Positions 28,526 through 42,721 of a DNA stretch of 64,000 nucleotides are shown here, one piece after another. How positions within the stretch are numbered: the first letter of the stretch is position 1; every line of letters starts with the position of its first letter. The notes under the pieces were generated by a model that was given only the letters and a program-made list of their open reading frames with translations, was not told the origin of the DNA and searched no databases. The DNA lies in the NCBI GenBank assembly GCA_951406725.2, contig OX597831.1:20956001-21020000 (forward strand), read 5' to 3'. This stretch comes from Octopus vulgaris (lineage: Eukaryota). The translations under genes were made by a program, and so were the position numbers.

Positions 28526-28912
28526 AGGGGTTTTCTATAAAAATGTCAATCGCCGAAGACAGTGGATAGGAAAAGGAGAAACACCGACGTCCCGGGCTCC
28601 TTTGCCTGAACTTATAACATAAAGGCGAGCGAAATGCAGGTAAACATTTTGCCTGAAGTGCTAAAGGTTCCACTAAGTCGCCACCCTTGGAATAATAGTA
28701 ATAATTTTATTTATTAAAGGCACAAGGCCTAAAACTTGGGGGAAGAAGACTAGTCGAATACACCGACCCCAGTGTTTCACTGTTATCTTAACTGTAAAAA
28801 ATAAAAGAAGTGTAAAAAAACATACATATTATACGCACATACATACATACATATATACATGTATGCATATATAAATATATACATACATATACATACATAT
28901 ACAGACATATAC

Positions 28913-29303
28913 AGCAGGAGTGGCTGTGTGGTAAGTAGCTTGCTTACCAACCACATGGTTCCGGGTTCAGTCCCACTGCGTGGCATCTTGGGCAAGTGTC
29001 TTCAACTATAGCCTCGGGCCAACCAAAGCCTTGTGAGTGGATTTGATAGACGGAAACTGAAAGAAGCCCGTCGTATATATGTATATATATATATGTTTGT
29101 GTGTCTGTGTTTGTCCCCCTAGCATTACTTGACAACCGATTCTGTTGTGTTTACGTCCCCGTCACTTAGCGGTTCGGCAAAAGAGACCGATAGAATAAGT
29201 ACTAGGCTTACAAAGAATAAGTCCTGGGGTCGATTTGCTCGACTAAAGGCGTTGCTCCAGCATGGGCGCAGTCAAATGACTAAAATAAGTAAAAGAGTAA
29301 AGA

Positions 29304-29304
<1 letters not shown>
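28913..29304 (+). mobile_element. SINE family A
   Basis: Consensus match. Confidence 0.9.
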
Positions 29305-29344
<40 letters not shown>

Positions 29345-30127
29345 CAGATTTTTATATTGCAACTTTCTTATATCAGTCTTTTCACTCACTTCTTCTTTCA
29401 TCATCTCTCTCTCTTCTTACATCTATTTTTCTATCTCTATTAATTATTTTAACTCTGTTTCTATCGTCTCTCACTCTATTCATTTTTATTCACTTTTGTA
29501 CTTTGTTGTCGAGGCCTGGACAATAACAGATACAATAACGCCAGAGATAAAACTGTGAACATCACTGTGTTTTAAACAATTTCCACTTGGACTTCATTAT
29601 CCATGAAGATTAAATACTGAATATCTAATTAGAAGAGAGCAGACTTTCTCAGCTGATAGCATGTTACGTTCAAAAAGATTAATTCTGATTAAACATGTGA
29701 GACGAACCAATATAATGCTGGCTTGTCTTTTGAAAGAGAAATATCAAGCTGATGAGTCTTAGCATGCTGTACATGTTTTCGGGAAGACGTAGTTCACAAG
29801 TTAAGGAGAGATTGATTTTTTTAATGGCTCGTAAATGGAATGGTAGCGTAGCCCCCAGATGGTATTACGCGTTCACAAACGGGAGAAAATTATAGGGGGC
29901 AATGTATGTTGTAAAATATTCAATCTAGATACTATACCGGTACAGCACCAACTTTCTGGACACTGAAGGTTCCGAGCCTCTTTCAATCAGTACTACTAAT
30001 TCACAAGAATGGTTTTCAAATTTCTCAATCGCTATACAAGTTTATTGACACCGTGCACTCACCAGTTGCTTGTATGGCTTAGTATTAACAAACTTGTATC
30101 ATTTATACAAACATACAGTTATCTTTG

Positions 30128-30965
30128 TGGAGGCGCAATGGCTCAGTGGTTAGGACAGCGGACTCGCGGTCGGGGGATCACGGTTTTTTCAAGTCGAGTG
30201 GCCCATCCTATTCAAAAGGTTCCTGAATAAGGGTTGCTTAAGGATGTTGAACAAAACTACCATGTTTCCAAAGGTGTATTATCCAAACCACAAATTATTC
30301 CTTTCAACACATGGCTATGATGCTCCCTCACTACTACTGTTCGTGACCAGAGATACACATATCACCAGCCACTAAGAGACATGCTCAACCGGATAAGGGC
30401 AAATAACTGACAAGCAATTCTGTGGTATTAAGCAGAATATTATTGACTGAGAGAGTAGTGCATGCCATCAAAGTGACCTTGGGTAAAATACACGAAGCCC
30501 AGCATACCCATCATGACAGCTCGTCTGGTACACTAGGTACATGCAGCACAACCATATGTGCGCGACATGGTGATCTCATATCAAGACAAACAGCACTGGG
30601 CCTTGCAGGTGGATCCTAGTTGGAATTTACTTCAGGTTAAGTAGCCAATTCCACTCAAATAAGTCTCTGAATAAGGGTTGTTTAAGGATGTTGAACAAAA
30701 CACCCATATTTCCAAAGGCGAATTATCCAAACCCCAAGGAATTCTTCTCAACACATGACTATGATGCTCCTCCACTACTTCTGCTCATGATCGGTATTTC
30801 GCGTGTTGCTACGTTCTGAGTTCAAATTCCGCCGAAGTCGACTTTGCCTTTCATCCATCCATTCGGAGTCGATAAATTAGGTACCAGTGAAACGCTGAGG
30901 TCGATGTAATCAACTGGTCTCCTCCCCCGAAGTTTCATGCCTTCAGCCTTTAGTAGAAAAGATTA
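30128..30965. mobile_element. Composite repeat: SINE C head (30128-30187,+), two overlapping partial element D copies (30190-30441 and 30443-30790,-), 5'-truncated SINE B (30791-30965,+)
   Basis: Each block aligns by eye to other copies in the window. Confidence 0.75.
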
Positions 30966-30982
30966 TCATTTACATCATTATT

Positions 30983-31015
<33 letters not shown>

Positions 31016-31168
31016 CTTCTTCTTCTTCTTCTTCTTCTTCTTCTTCTTCTTCTTCTTCTTCTTCTTCTTCTCTTCTTCCCCTCTCCTCTCCGCCTTTCTT
31101 CTTCTTCTTCTTCTTCTTCTTCTTCTTCTTCTTCTTCTTCTCCTCCTCCTCCTCCTCCTTCTTCTTCT
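30983..31168. repeat. (TTG)n-(TTC)n-(TCC)n compound microsatellite
   Basis: Direct inspection. Confidence 0.95.
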
Positions 31169-31774
31169 TAATACCGTTTCGTTATAATGTGTCCTTTTTT
31201 TTCATTTCCAGCATCGAATCCTTTGTTCTACACATCATTCTCTTCTAATACACATTTGTCGTCAATTGGAATTAATCAGTCGAACTACCGAACTAGCCTT
31301 GGCGTCAGGGCAGATTCGCTTCGCACACAGACACTTGTATCTATTCGAGAACCACAACCACCACCACCACCACCACCACCATCTCCAGCCCTACTTTCTA
31401 CAACCCCCCCCCCCTGTAGGATCTCATTAGCCCCCTGATACCTTTGAAAGCTACCCCCACCTCAATATTCTTCTTCCACAGCTTCTTTTTTGTTGACGAT
31501 GGTATTGTTTAGCGGTTGTTGTTGTTGTTGTTTCACGCGTGTATTCGATATATTTCTATATAGTTCCTTTCTTATTTTTTAGAATTACCAGGATTTGCTT
31601 ATTTATTTGTTTTTTTTTTCTTTTTTACTCTTTGAATTCAATTATTGATATTTTCCTGTTACGACTTTGTTGCTATTTTCTTGCTCTTTTCATGCGATTT
31701 TTCTTGTTATTATTATCGTTTGTTTTTTTTCGCACACTTGTCAAAATAAAAATTACAAATGAAAATGGTCGAAT

Positions 31775-31814
<40 letters not shown>

Positions 31815-33170
31815 GAGTAATAATAGTTGTAGTAGTATTAATAGTAGTAGTAAGAGCAGAAGAAGGAGACTGCTGAAGAATGTGTAGGAGGAAGAAATGA
31901 ATAGAGCAGAGAGATATCTGGAGAACACACACACACACAGGCACACGCACAAACACAAACACATATGCACACATAGAGACACACACACACACACACAGAC
32001 GTGTACACACACACACACACATATCTTAGCTTTTACTTGTTTCAGCCATTTGATTGCAACCATGATGGAACACCGCCTCGAAATGTACCGACACCAGAAC
32101 CTATTTTTAAAAAAAGTCTGAAGCATATTCTACCGGACTCTTGTGCCGAACCGTTAGGTTACAAGGACGCAAACATACCAGCAACGGTTGTCAAGTGGTG
32201 GGTGGAACATGAACACTGACAAAAAGATATCACACACGCGCACACACAAAGACACATATACATATGTGGGGAAAAATCCCCGAATTTTCCCCACATATTT
32301 CTTTATAATTATAATCTAGGCCGTTTGAAAGGGATGTGTAAAAATTTTCATTAAAAGACACTCATCTTCCTGAAACTTATGAGGAAAAAGATGTCAGACC
32401 GGTGAATTTTCTGAAACTCGTCTCTCCACCCCATAAAAAAATTATTTCCCATAAATCCCTATATACGCGGAAGCCACAACATCTAAGTGGTATTTGTATA
32501 AAATTTTGTTAAAAAGTATCCATTTTTCTGGATGTTATGAGGCAACAATATCAGGGTGTATACATCTGTAGTAATGCCCTTTTACTTATACGATTTTTCC
32601 ATTTCATGTTTATTTCATTCATTGTTTGTAATGTTCACTTTCTCTAACTCTCATGCACACTCTGGAAAGCTTACAGATGGGTTGCTGAATTGAAATCTCT
32701 ATGTTGCTTTCAGGGGAAGGTAAAACTTGACAAACTGCTTCTCTCCCTGTTGTTGGACTACCGTAATGTTTGTTTAAAAAAGAGAGTTTACGACTGTGAG
32801 AGAATAATGCAAGTAATATTTACTAAGCAAGTGAGCACTATTATACAAAGAAATAATTAGACATAGAATATAAAAATTATTAGAAATGCGAATCAAATGT
32901 GTAAATGTTATCAAGGGGCCAGCAGAAAACCAGTGAGTTCTATGTTCCACTACATTCTGTTTGAGCCTACAGGCGAAGTTCGATGGAGATGTGGAGTGTA
33001 TTTCATTTATATTTGGCAGAAGATTTTTCAATGTATATATATATTTCAATGGGTGAATGAATTATCCTATGTTTACTGTTAACATGGAAAATTCAACAAA
33101 CCGTTACCATGTTGTCTTCGAAACATATGTCGAAAGTAAAAGAATTTTATTAACATCTTCGTTCAACTCC

Positions 33171-33248
<78 letters not shown>

Positions 33249-34848
33249 GTATATATATATATATATATACATACATATATTGGTGTAGGCTATGTGGTAA
33301 GAAGTAATTTTCTCCATGAGAAAATACAGTGCATGTTTTTCTTACAAGTTCGAATATACCTCAGGCACATTTGAACTAATAACAATTTTGAATTTAAAGA
33401 TATTGATTCATGTGCATATGCATCCGTGTACTAACATAATTTTGTATTCAGCTTAAAATACATATATGTTGGCATTTAGCCTCGCGTTGTATCGATTTCG
33501 ATGCTTTTATTTATATATATATATATAAATACATACGAAATTGTTGCTTATTCATATACGGTACACAATCTATAAAAGCTATTAAAATTAGCCTTTAATA
33601 TACACGATAATATAAAACATTTTGATTTCGTACAAATCTTGTATAAGGCTATGACTCATTTACCCATTATAGATTTTTTTTTACCACCCTACAACAAAAA
33701 TATCGAATGTTGGCCAACATTATCTGGCGAATTATCCTGATTTATGAAGCGTGATTAATGTGAGTGTTTCTGTCATTTTTCAGCCGTTAGGTGACATAAA
33801 ATATTTCGAAATAGGTTTTGATTTGTGACGACAAAAAGATATTAACTCTGAGCGGATGTTTGGATGAGCTTGTTTTATGAAACAATATATTCATTTAATT
33901 AATATCATTTTATGATCACAAACCCAATATTCTCTCTATTTTAAATATTTCAATATTTTACATCGCCCAACAGCTGAAAAATAAATGATCACATCATACA
34001 TTAATCTATGCTTTTAAACAATATCCTTAGTTAATGTACATCGACCGTTTATTATATTTGTAGTCATATATCATAATATATAGCGAATGAATAAATGCCA
34101 GCTTTATACAAGATCGTTTTGAGTGAATCAAAAGTTCTGATATTATTAACGGTTACATTTTATGGTGTTTATTTTTGACTATTCTGTTCCTTCTTCTTTT
34201 TACAATTTTTAAATAATATATAAAACCAAAATTCTTCCATTTATTTCATTGATTGCATCACACATCGCTAAAACGTCAAACTAATTGTTGCAGACGATGT
34301 GATTTATGATTGAAATAAAAATGAATAACTTATTTTATCTCCATGCATCGTGTTATTTTATTTATTTTTTTTTTGTAACTTTGCATTTTAACACTGATCC
34401 ATATATAACATCGTCCTACATGGGCTTTTATACGCAAGTGAGACGTACGTTGCCTAATACGAAGTGGAAAGAACATCAATTGGCAAAGATGCAAAGCGAC
34501 ATCAACTACAGTTTGTACTTTTAAATTCCTTCATTCTAAACATGATTAAATAATTGCTTGCTTGTTTGCTTCATGCCTTTACTTGATGAGGCTGGGGTCA
34601 TCCCACTTTAGTGGTCTCAGAGACGTCACCATGCACAGAGCCGACCAGGTCCACCAGTGCTCTTCATCGCTGACGGTCAACGGTTCAAATAAAGAGGAGC
34701 TGATGGCCCCTTTTATATGAACCGTTGTGAACTTTTCCAAATTCTCCAAGGTTAAAATCATTCAGAGTAAAGGGGATTAAACTAAGTACTACCATCGAAG
34801 TGTTATCCATCTGAACGGAAGATAATTCTTCCGTTCAGTTGGAGATCC

Positions 34849-35070
34849 AAAGGCAGGGAGCTGGCGGGATCGTTAGCACACCGTGCAAAGGGCTTAGCGC
34901 CATTTCGTCCGTCTTTACGTTCTGTGTCCAGGTTCCGCCCAGGTCGACTTTGCTTTTCCTCCTTTCGCAGTTGATGAAATAAATACCAGTTGAGCACTGG
35001 GGTCGATGCAATCAGCTAATGCCCATGCCCCAAATTTCAGATCTTGCGCCTATAGTACAAAGCATTATTA
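34849..35070 (+). mobile_element. SINE family B, tail type 2
   Basis: Diverged consensus match. Confidence 0.8.
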
Positions 35071-35117
35071 ATAGAGATACAGAGCTTAGAAGAGCAATGT
35101 AACTGTGAAACCTAAGA

Positions 35118-35340
35118 TATAGGCGCAGGAGTGGCTATAGGCGCAGGAGTGGCTATAGGCGCAGGAGTGGCTATAGGCGCAGGAGTGGCTGTGTAGTAAG
35201 TAGCTTGCCTACCAACCACATGGTTCCGGGTTCAGTCCCACTGCGTGGCACCTTGGGCAAGTGTCTTCTACTATTGCCTCGGGCCGACCAATGCCTTGTG
35301 AGTGGATTTGGTAGACGGAAACTGAAAGAAGCCTGTCGTA

Positions 35341-35400
<60 letters not shown>

Positions 35401-35615
35401 TATATGTGTGTGTGTTTGTGTGTGTGTTTGTCCCCCTAGCATTGCTTGACAACCGATGCTGGTGTGTTTATGTCCCCCCGTCACTTAGCGGTTCGGCAAA
35501 AAGAGACCGATAGAATAAGTACTGGGCTTACAAAGAATAAGTCCAGGGGTCGATTTGCTCGACTAAAGGCGGTGCTCCAGCATGGCCGCAGTCAAATGAC
35601 TGAAACAAGAAAAAA
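35118..35615 (+). mobile_element. SINE family A with four tandem copies of its first 18 bp
   Basis: (tataggcgcaggagtggc)x4 at 35118-35189, then a normal body. Confidence 0.9.
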
Positions 35616-36007
35616 AAAGAAAGAAAAACAAAAATACCTTTTGAATTATGTTTCAAGCACCAGACCGTAAAACCGCGTGCATATGAGGCCGAGTGCATCG
35701 TAGTCATATAGTGATTAGTTGGTTACAAGCTTGAAACTAACAACGCTATCATGCAGACTGATTTGCCATATAAGATTGAAATATATAATTAAAATTTATT
35801 GGAGAGAAAAAAATTGAAGAAATTTTAAGGACATTGACTGGAGAGACATACTTAAATATAATTGTGCTTAGCTAATTGAGTGGAACGTCTTTAGCTTGGC
35901 TTGTTATGTCTTTCACCGATTCATACAAATGCATATACATATATACATATATATACATATATACATACATACATACCGGTATATAATATGTATATGTATA
36001 TATATAT

Positions 36008-36251
36008 GTTGTGTCTGTGTAAGTATACGCAGCTGTGTGTTTATTTAGCTTTGTGTGCTGTGAGATATTGTGTGTGTATATAAAAGTGGACATATATATA
36101 TGTATGTATGTATGTAAATATATATGTATGTATGTAAACATATACATACATATATACATACACACCATATTTACACACATATATATACAGTGAGAGAGAC
36201 ACACGCACTCATGTATACATATGCATGTATATGTATATATACATATATATG

Positions 36252-36305
<54 letters not shown>

Positions 36306-36490
36306 CATATATATATATACATGTGTATATATATATATATATATATATGAATATGCATATATATATATATATATATACATATATATATACATATACACAT
36401 ATATATGTCCACATTTATATACACACACAGTGTCTCACACCACACAAAGCTAAATAAACACACAGCTGCATATACTTACATAGACACAAC
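36008..36490. repeat. Inverted repeat, ~88-bp arms (36008-36095 / 36403-36490) around a low-complexity spacer
   Basis: gttgtgtctgtgtaagtatacgcagctgtgtgtttatttagctttgtgtg... pairs with ...cacacaaagctaaataaacacacagctgcatatacttacatagacacaac. Confidence 0.85.
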
Positions 36491-36946
36491 ACACACACAC
36501 ATACACACACACACGCAAACACACAAAGGGACGTAGAGTTGCACTGACACATACATATACAGCATACTGACGTGAAAGATCTTTTGTGGAATGCGTGCTT
36601 TTATATTTGTGTGTTCCGGTGTGCATCTGTACAGCCCTAGGCATACATCTGTGTGTGTGTGATTGTGCGTGTGTGTGCGTGAGTCTTTGAGCGTTTGCAT
36701 GTATGCTTGTGTGAATGAGTGTGTGTAAACGGGTATGCACGTGAACGTGTATCCGAGTGATTGCATGTGTGTGCAAGCACGTGTTTGAAAAAAAGTGTAT
36801 GCGTATGTGTGTGTATGTGTGTGTGTGTGTGTGTTTATCACTTCGTTCTGTATATTTTCGTATGTGAGTGTGTGAATGAACGTGTGGTTTGTGTATTCGA
36901 GTGTGTGTATGTGTGTGAGTGAGTGTGTAATCGTGCGTGTGCATGA

Positions 36947-36980
<34 letters not shown>

Positions 36981-37959
36981 ATCACTTCGTTCTGTATATT
37001 TTCGTATGTGTGTGTGATTGAATGTGTGATTTGTGTATTTGAGTGTGTGTATGTGTGTGAGTGAGTGTAATTGTGCGTGTGCATGAGTGTGTGTGTGTGT
37101 GTGTGTGTGCGTTTGGGCGCGCGCGCTTCGTGGTAAGATATTTCAAGTATTTCTTAGAGTTCCTGCAAGATGGGAGACGTGAAATGTCGTGTTTCAGCAA
37201 TGATTCTATGAGAAAGCGAAAGAGAAAGAGAAAGAGAAGGATTGAAATAAGGAAAGGAGGAAAAGAGAGGAAAAAGGTAGAAAGGAAAGTGAGAGGGGGG
37301 AAAGAAGGGACTCCGCGAGATAGAAGAAGTGAGAATGACGGAGGGAGAGAAAGATGAGTGACGGAGAGAGATTAGAGAGGCAGAGAGATGGTAGGAGAAA
37401 CGGGGAAAGAAACGGGGAGAGAGCGAGAGATGATTGCAGATGAAATGAGAAAGAGAGAGAGAGAGAGAGACGGAAGGAGAGAGATAGACAAAAGAGGGAA
37501 GAAGAGATGGACCGATGGAAGGCGGGAGGGAAAGAGAGACTGGGAGATAGGGAGACAGAATGAAAAGACTGGAAGTACTTGATACTTTCCAGAGATTCAG
37601 TTTTGTCAACAAAGAAATTGCCGAGAAGTCTGCAAACTACGAAATATTTATTGTCAACCGTGAAAAGGTCAAAGAGGAAGTGGCGTTAACATCACCAAGG
37701 CAACCTTTGTAAATCCGATGGAAATTAACCCTGCTGACCGTTATGAAAGGGAAAACAGACGACGGTGCATCTGTGTGGTTGTACAACATGCTAGTAAGAA
37801 TATCCAAGTTCTTATAAATTAATACCTGACCGTCCTTAAATATGAAGACCCTTATTGGACAATGTAGTTCTAGATGTGGAAGAAATTGGCCGATCAAGAT
37901 TGAAAAGCTTTTTTTTGTTATAGGTCTGCGCAGCCAGGGATATTCTAAAGATTCTAACT

Positions 37960-38512
37960 TAAAGAAGAAGACGAGAACGACGAAGCCGAAGAAAAAGAAA
38001 GAGGAGGAGAAGGAAAAGAAAAAGAAGAAGAAGAAGAAGAAGAAGACGAAGAAGAAGAAGAAGAAGAAGAAGAAGAAGACGAAGAAGAAGAAGAAGACGA
38101 AGAAAAAGAAGAAGAAAAATAATAAGAAGAAGACGAAGACGAAGACGAAGAAGAAGACGAAGAAGAAGACGAAGAAGAAGAAGAAGAAGAAGACGAAGAA
38201 GGAGGAGACGAAGACGAAGAAGAAGAAGAAGAAGAAGAAGAAGAAGAAGAAGACGAAGAAGAAGAAGAAGAAGAAGAAGAAGAAGAAGACGAAGAAAAAG
38301 AAGAAGAAAAAGAAGAAGAAGAAGACGAAGACGAAGACGAAGAAGAAGACGAAGAAGAAGAAGAAGACGAAGACGAAGACGAAGAAGAAGACGAAGAAGA
38401 AGAAGAAGAAAAAGAAGAAGAAGAAGACGAAGAAGGAGGAGACGAAGACGAAGAAGAAGAAGAAGAAGAAGAAGAAGAAGAAGAAGAAGAAGAAGAAGAA
38501 GAAGAGAAGATG
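37960..38512. repeat. (GAA)n/(GAC) purine-rich microsatellite
   Basis: Direct inspection. It is the source of the poly-K/F/S ORFs. Confidence 0.95.
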
Positions 38513-38604
38513 AAGAAGATCAACAACAGCAACGGTATGAGTAATATCAATAACAGTAACAACTATCAAATATGGCCATTCATGTTTGGAATTTCGTAAA
38601 TGAT

Positions 38605-38988
38605 GCAGAGTGGCTGTGATGCAGCTTGCTTACCAGCCACATGGTTCCGGGTTCATTCCCACTACGTGGCACCTTGGACAAGTGCCTTCTAGTATAGCCT
38701 CGGGCCGACCAAAGCGTTGTGAGTGAATTTGGTAGACGGAAACTGAAAGAAGCCCGTCATATATGTGTGTGTGTGTATATATTTCTGTGTCTGCGTCCCC
38801 CCCCCCACTCAACATCGCTTGACAACCGATACTGGTGTGTTTTTCGTCCCCGTAACTTAGCGGTTCGGCCAAAACGACCGATAGAATAAGTACTAGGCTT
38901 ACAAAGAATAAGTCCTGGGTCGATTTGCTCGACTAAAGGCGGTGCTCCAGCATGGCCACAGTCAAATGACTGAAATAAGTAAAAGAGT
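38605..38988 (+). mobile_element. SINE family A
   Basis: Consensus match. Confidence 0.9.
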
Positions 38989-40361
38989 ATAGTTTAACTT
39001 GAATGTAAAACAAAGTCACCACAGCAGGGTGAAATAGTAAAGAAATTTGCTACTGAATGGCATCTGAAGCAAGAGGTTTGGATTTCTGATGAGGAAAATA
39101 TATTAACTGACTGGAGTCTCATAAACGACTCCATCTTAAACAAGCAATCAGAAATAATATCGTCTTGTCACAAATCATAATTTCTTTTGAAATATGTTGA
39201 AACACATAGCAGCCGCATATAGCACATATCACGCAACTGGTACGTAATTTATCGACCCCGAAAGGATGAAAGGCAAAGTCGACCTAGGCGGAAAGGATAA
39301 AATATTGTTTAGCTAATGTACGTCAATTCGAAAAAGAGCAAACTAGCATCGAGTGTGTAATGGCTTGGTTATGCTCAGCCAAATAATATGCTGAATCGAT
39401 TAAAAGAGTTCAATTTATGCTGAGAAGATTAAGTATTCTATATCGATTCATTGCGTGCAACAAGGTTTTGCTGATTTCATCTTCATTTCCAGCATCTTTC
39501 AATCACGAAAAAAACTTTTTGAAAACTTTTTGAAAATACAAATAAAAACAGAGAAACCAAAATAAAAACTAGGTATATAAGTTGTGAAGTTATCAGCAGT
39601 AATTCATGGAATATTTACATTTAATGATATATAAGAGCAACCCAAAAGAAAAAAAAAGCACTAACACGCCACCATGTTAAACTACGGACGGATGAAAATT
39701 AAAGTAAATACTAAGAAAGATTTTTGTACTCAAAATAGGAGAGTTTTGGAAATGAAATCTAGCATTTAGAGTCACGGTCCAAGTTCTCGTAAATGTAATA
39801 ATATTAACCGAAGGAAATTTAATCCAATGTCAGTTAATGGTGAAGAGCGATAAAATAGAAAGTTTGGTCGCTACAGGTTAGATTGGGAAATTACCATACG
39901 TCTGAACAAATCTGCAATCTAATAATGCCTATATGAATATATTATATATTTATATGAACAACCACACGCACACACAGACACAGACACACAGACACACAGA
40001 CACACAGACACACAGACACACACACACACTCACACACACAGAGGTAACATGCACATATATACACACATGCGTACATTTATATCTATCGTCAATACAGCTG
40101 TCTATATTGCGTAATATATATTAAGTTTATCATATATTATACATATATAGTTGTGTGTGTGTGTGTGTGTGTATAGATGTATCAATAATACAAGCATTAT
40201 ATGTGAGTGTAGGTCTGTGATTGTGTCGGTGTATGTATGTGTACGGGTAACTGTGTGTCAGTAAATGTATATATGTGTATATATTTCTGAATATACACCT
40301 ATACTATATATATGTATATTAATACATTTACAAGTAGATAGATATAGATAGATAGATATAC

Positions 40362-40436
<75 letters not shown>

Positions 40437-40533
40437 CATATATATATATAGATAGATATAATATATATGTATTTATATGCATACATACATATAAATACAG
40501 ATACATACATATATATTTGAATATATATATATG

Positions 40534-40594
<61 letters not shown>

Positions 40595-40894
40595 GGAACA
40601 AGAACGTAACGGACGACAATAAACATATGGACCGATGGACAATAGAAAGACGAACAGGAAAACTAGGATGGAACATTCGTGGCTTTCTATTCATCGGTGA
40701 AGCTTCCAATCATCATTACAGTTTCGGACCGTTACACCTGAGAGTGATCACAACTGGTAGGCCTCAAAAATCTAAGCTAAGGGCATTAAATTTTTGGAAG
40801 AAAGCGAGCGGTTATGGATGACAACACAGGAAAAAATACGAGAAAACGGAGAAAATGTTACATGATTGTTGCAATGGATACACTGTTGCCATTT

Positions 40895-41910
40895 TATATT
40901 TTTAATTTTACGCATGTGATCTGCTTGTTTTTAATTTTGTCGATTACACAATATGGTACGATCAGTTGGGTACCGCCTGTGAGCAAAAAGCAACATGATG
41001 CAATTCACTCTGCCAAGAATCTGGAAACGACATACTGTACTGTTTGGCATTTGTGCCGGAAACTCCAATACGGTCATTTCAGAGTGTTTGGACGGCTATA
41101 TGAGGAGAGTGCATGAACCGAGCGTGATAAAAATCAAATATCCGGTTAACATCATGGTGTTTTCAGTTTTGACTAGTGATGGCATGTTATGCGTTCGTTC
41201 ATTTTCTCAAACGGCATCAGACTGGGCCCGCAGGCCTACATCAAGTGCCTGGAGGAGTTAGTGCTGGTCTCGGGCAAGGGGATGGCTGCTCGAACACCCT
41301 ATGTTTGGCAACACCCTATGTCTAGCCACACCCTATGTCTGGCAATATCCTATGTCTAGCAACACCCTATGTCTGGCAATATCCTATGTCTAGCAACACC
41401 CTATGTCTGGCAATACCCTATGTCTAGTTACACAAACAGGAGTACCGAGTCATGGCTCTCAGACAATTTCTGCGACCACATCATCCCCAACATCAGGCCA
41501 CCTAACTCCCCAGACTGGAAAATCCTTCATTACTATGTGCGGGGAGCATTTGAGCGAGAGATTAACAAAATTCCTTGTAACACAAAGATGAACTGAAGGC
41601 AAGGATTATGGCAGCATTCACCAACTTAAACAAGGAGATCGTCCAGAAGAGTTGCAGGAAATTCCAAAGTCATCTGGAGGCCGTTGTTGAGGCCAATGGT
41701 GATTTTATCGAATAAATTTACTCTTTCGTATTTCGAGGTATTTCTATGTAATTTTTGATAAATCTATCTACAGGTGGTGCACCAGCATGACCTCAGCCCT
41801 GGGCTGAAACCAGTTAAAGGTAAAAAGGTAAAAGATAAAAGATATCTTTTAAAATGAGAAGTCAGTATTATTTTCGTTCTTGCGTAATTTAGACGTTGTA
41901 TTCTCCGCCC

Positions 41911-41913
<3 letters not shown>
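40895..41913 (+). pseudogene. Decayed, internally deleted Tc1/mariner-superfamily transposon (transposase remnant, maT/DD37D-like)
   Basis: KYPVNIMVFSVLTSDG, AYIKCLEELVL, PYVWQ, SWLSDNFCDHIIPNIRPPNSPDW..LHYYVRG (cf. WPPNSPDLNP.DY) and ELKARIMAAF...LEAVVEANGDFIE*. Right end ...ccgccctg-ta. Confidence 0.85.
41293..41428 (+). repeat. Minisatellite, 8 x 17 bp (aacaccctatgtctRgc), with 34-bp higher-order structure
   Basis: Units alternately end ...tggc and ...tagc/tagt. Confidence 0.9.
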
Positions 41914-41965
<52 letters not shown>

Positions 41966-42328
41966 ATTTATACTCACACATATTTATTTATATATAAACG
42001 GGTATGTATATATATACATAAATAAATGCATAATTATATTGTATTGACTTATATATGTGTTTATGTGTATACGGGTACGTGAATGTGTGGGTTATTACTT
42101 GCATGTGGATGTATGTTGTGAGGTTGTGTAAAAGACGACATTGACACGCGTAGAGTATTCATGAATAATATTTTAGTACATAGAAGGAAGTTCAACCAAT
42201 ATAACTTAGTAATAAACTATAGTCTTAACGGAGATATGAACAGCTTGGAGGCAGATTGTGAAAATGTTCCGATATGAAAATATAACAAATACAATAGAAA
42301 CACACACACACACACACACACACACGCC

Positions 42329-42419
<91 letters not shown>

Positions 42420-42634
42420 CGGATATATATAAATGTATGTATGTGTTTGTATTGTATACGTTAGGTATGTGTGTGCACGTAGTTGTGTATGCAATATGGC
42501 ACGCAAAATACACTTCATATTTTAGCTTTTACTAAAGTAATATTGTTCAGTTGATTTACTGCCGGAGTTATTGTGTATAGTATATATGCATGGACACACA
42601 CCTATACTCTCAAATGCGGACACACACAGAGGCA

Positions 42635-42721
<87 letters not shown>

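Noticed and set aside
37570-37960. Non-repetitive part of the 310-aa minus-strand ORF
   Set aside because: No recognisable protein. The plus strand weakly resembles a decayed LINE APE domain (YEIFIVNR...EEVAL), but too weakly to annotate.
41293-41428. CRISPR-like regular repeat
   Set aside because: There are no unique spacers and the context is a eukaryotic transposon. It is a minisatellite.
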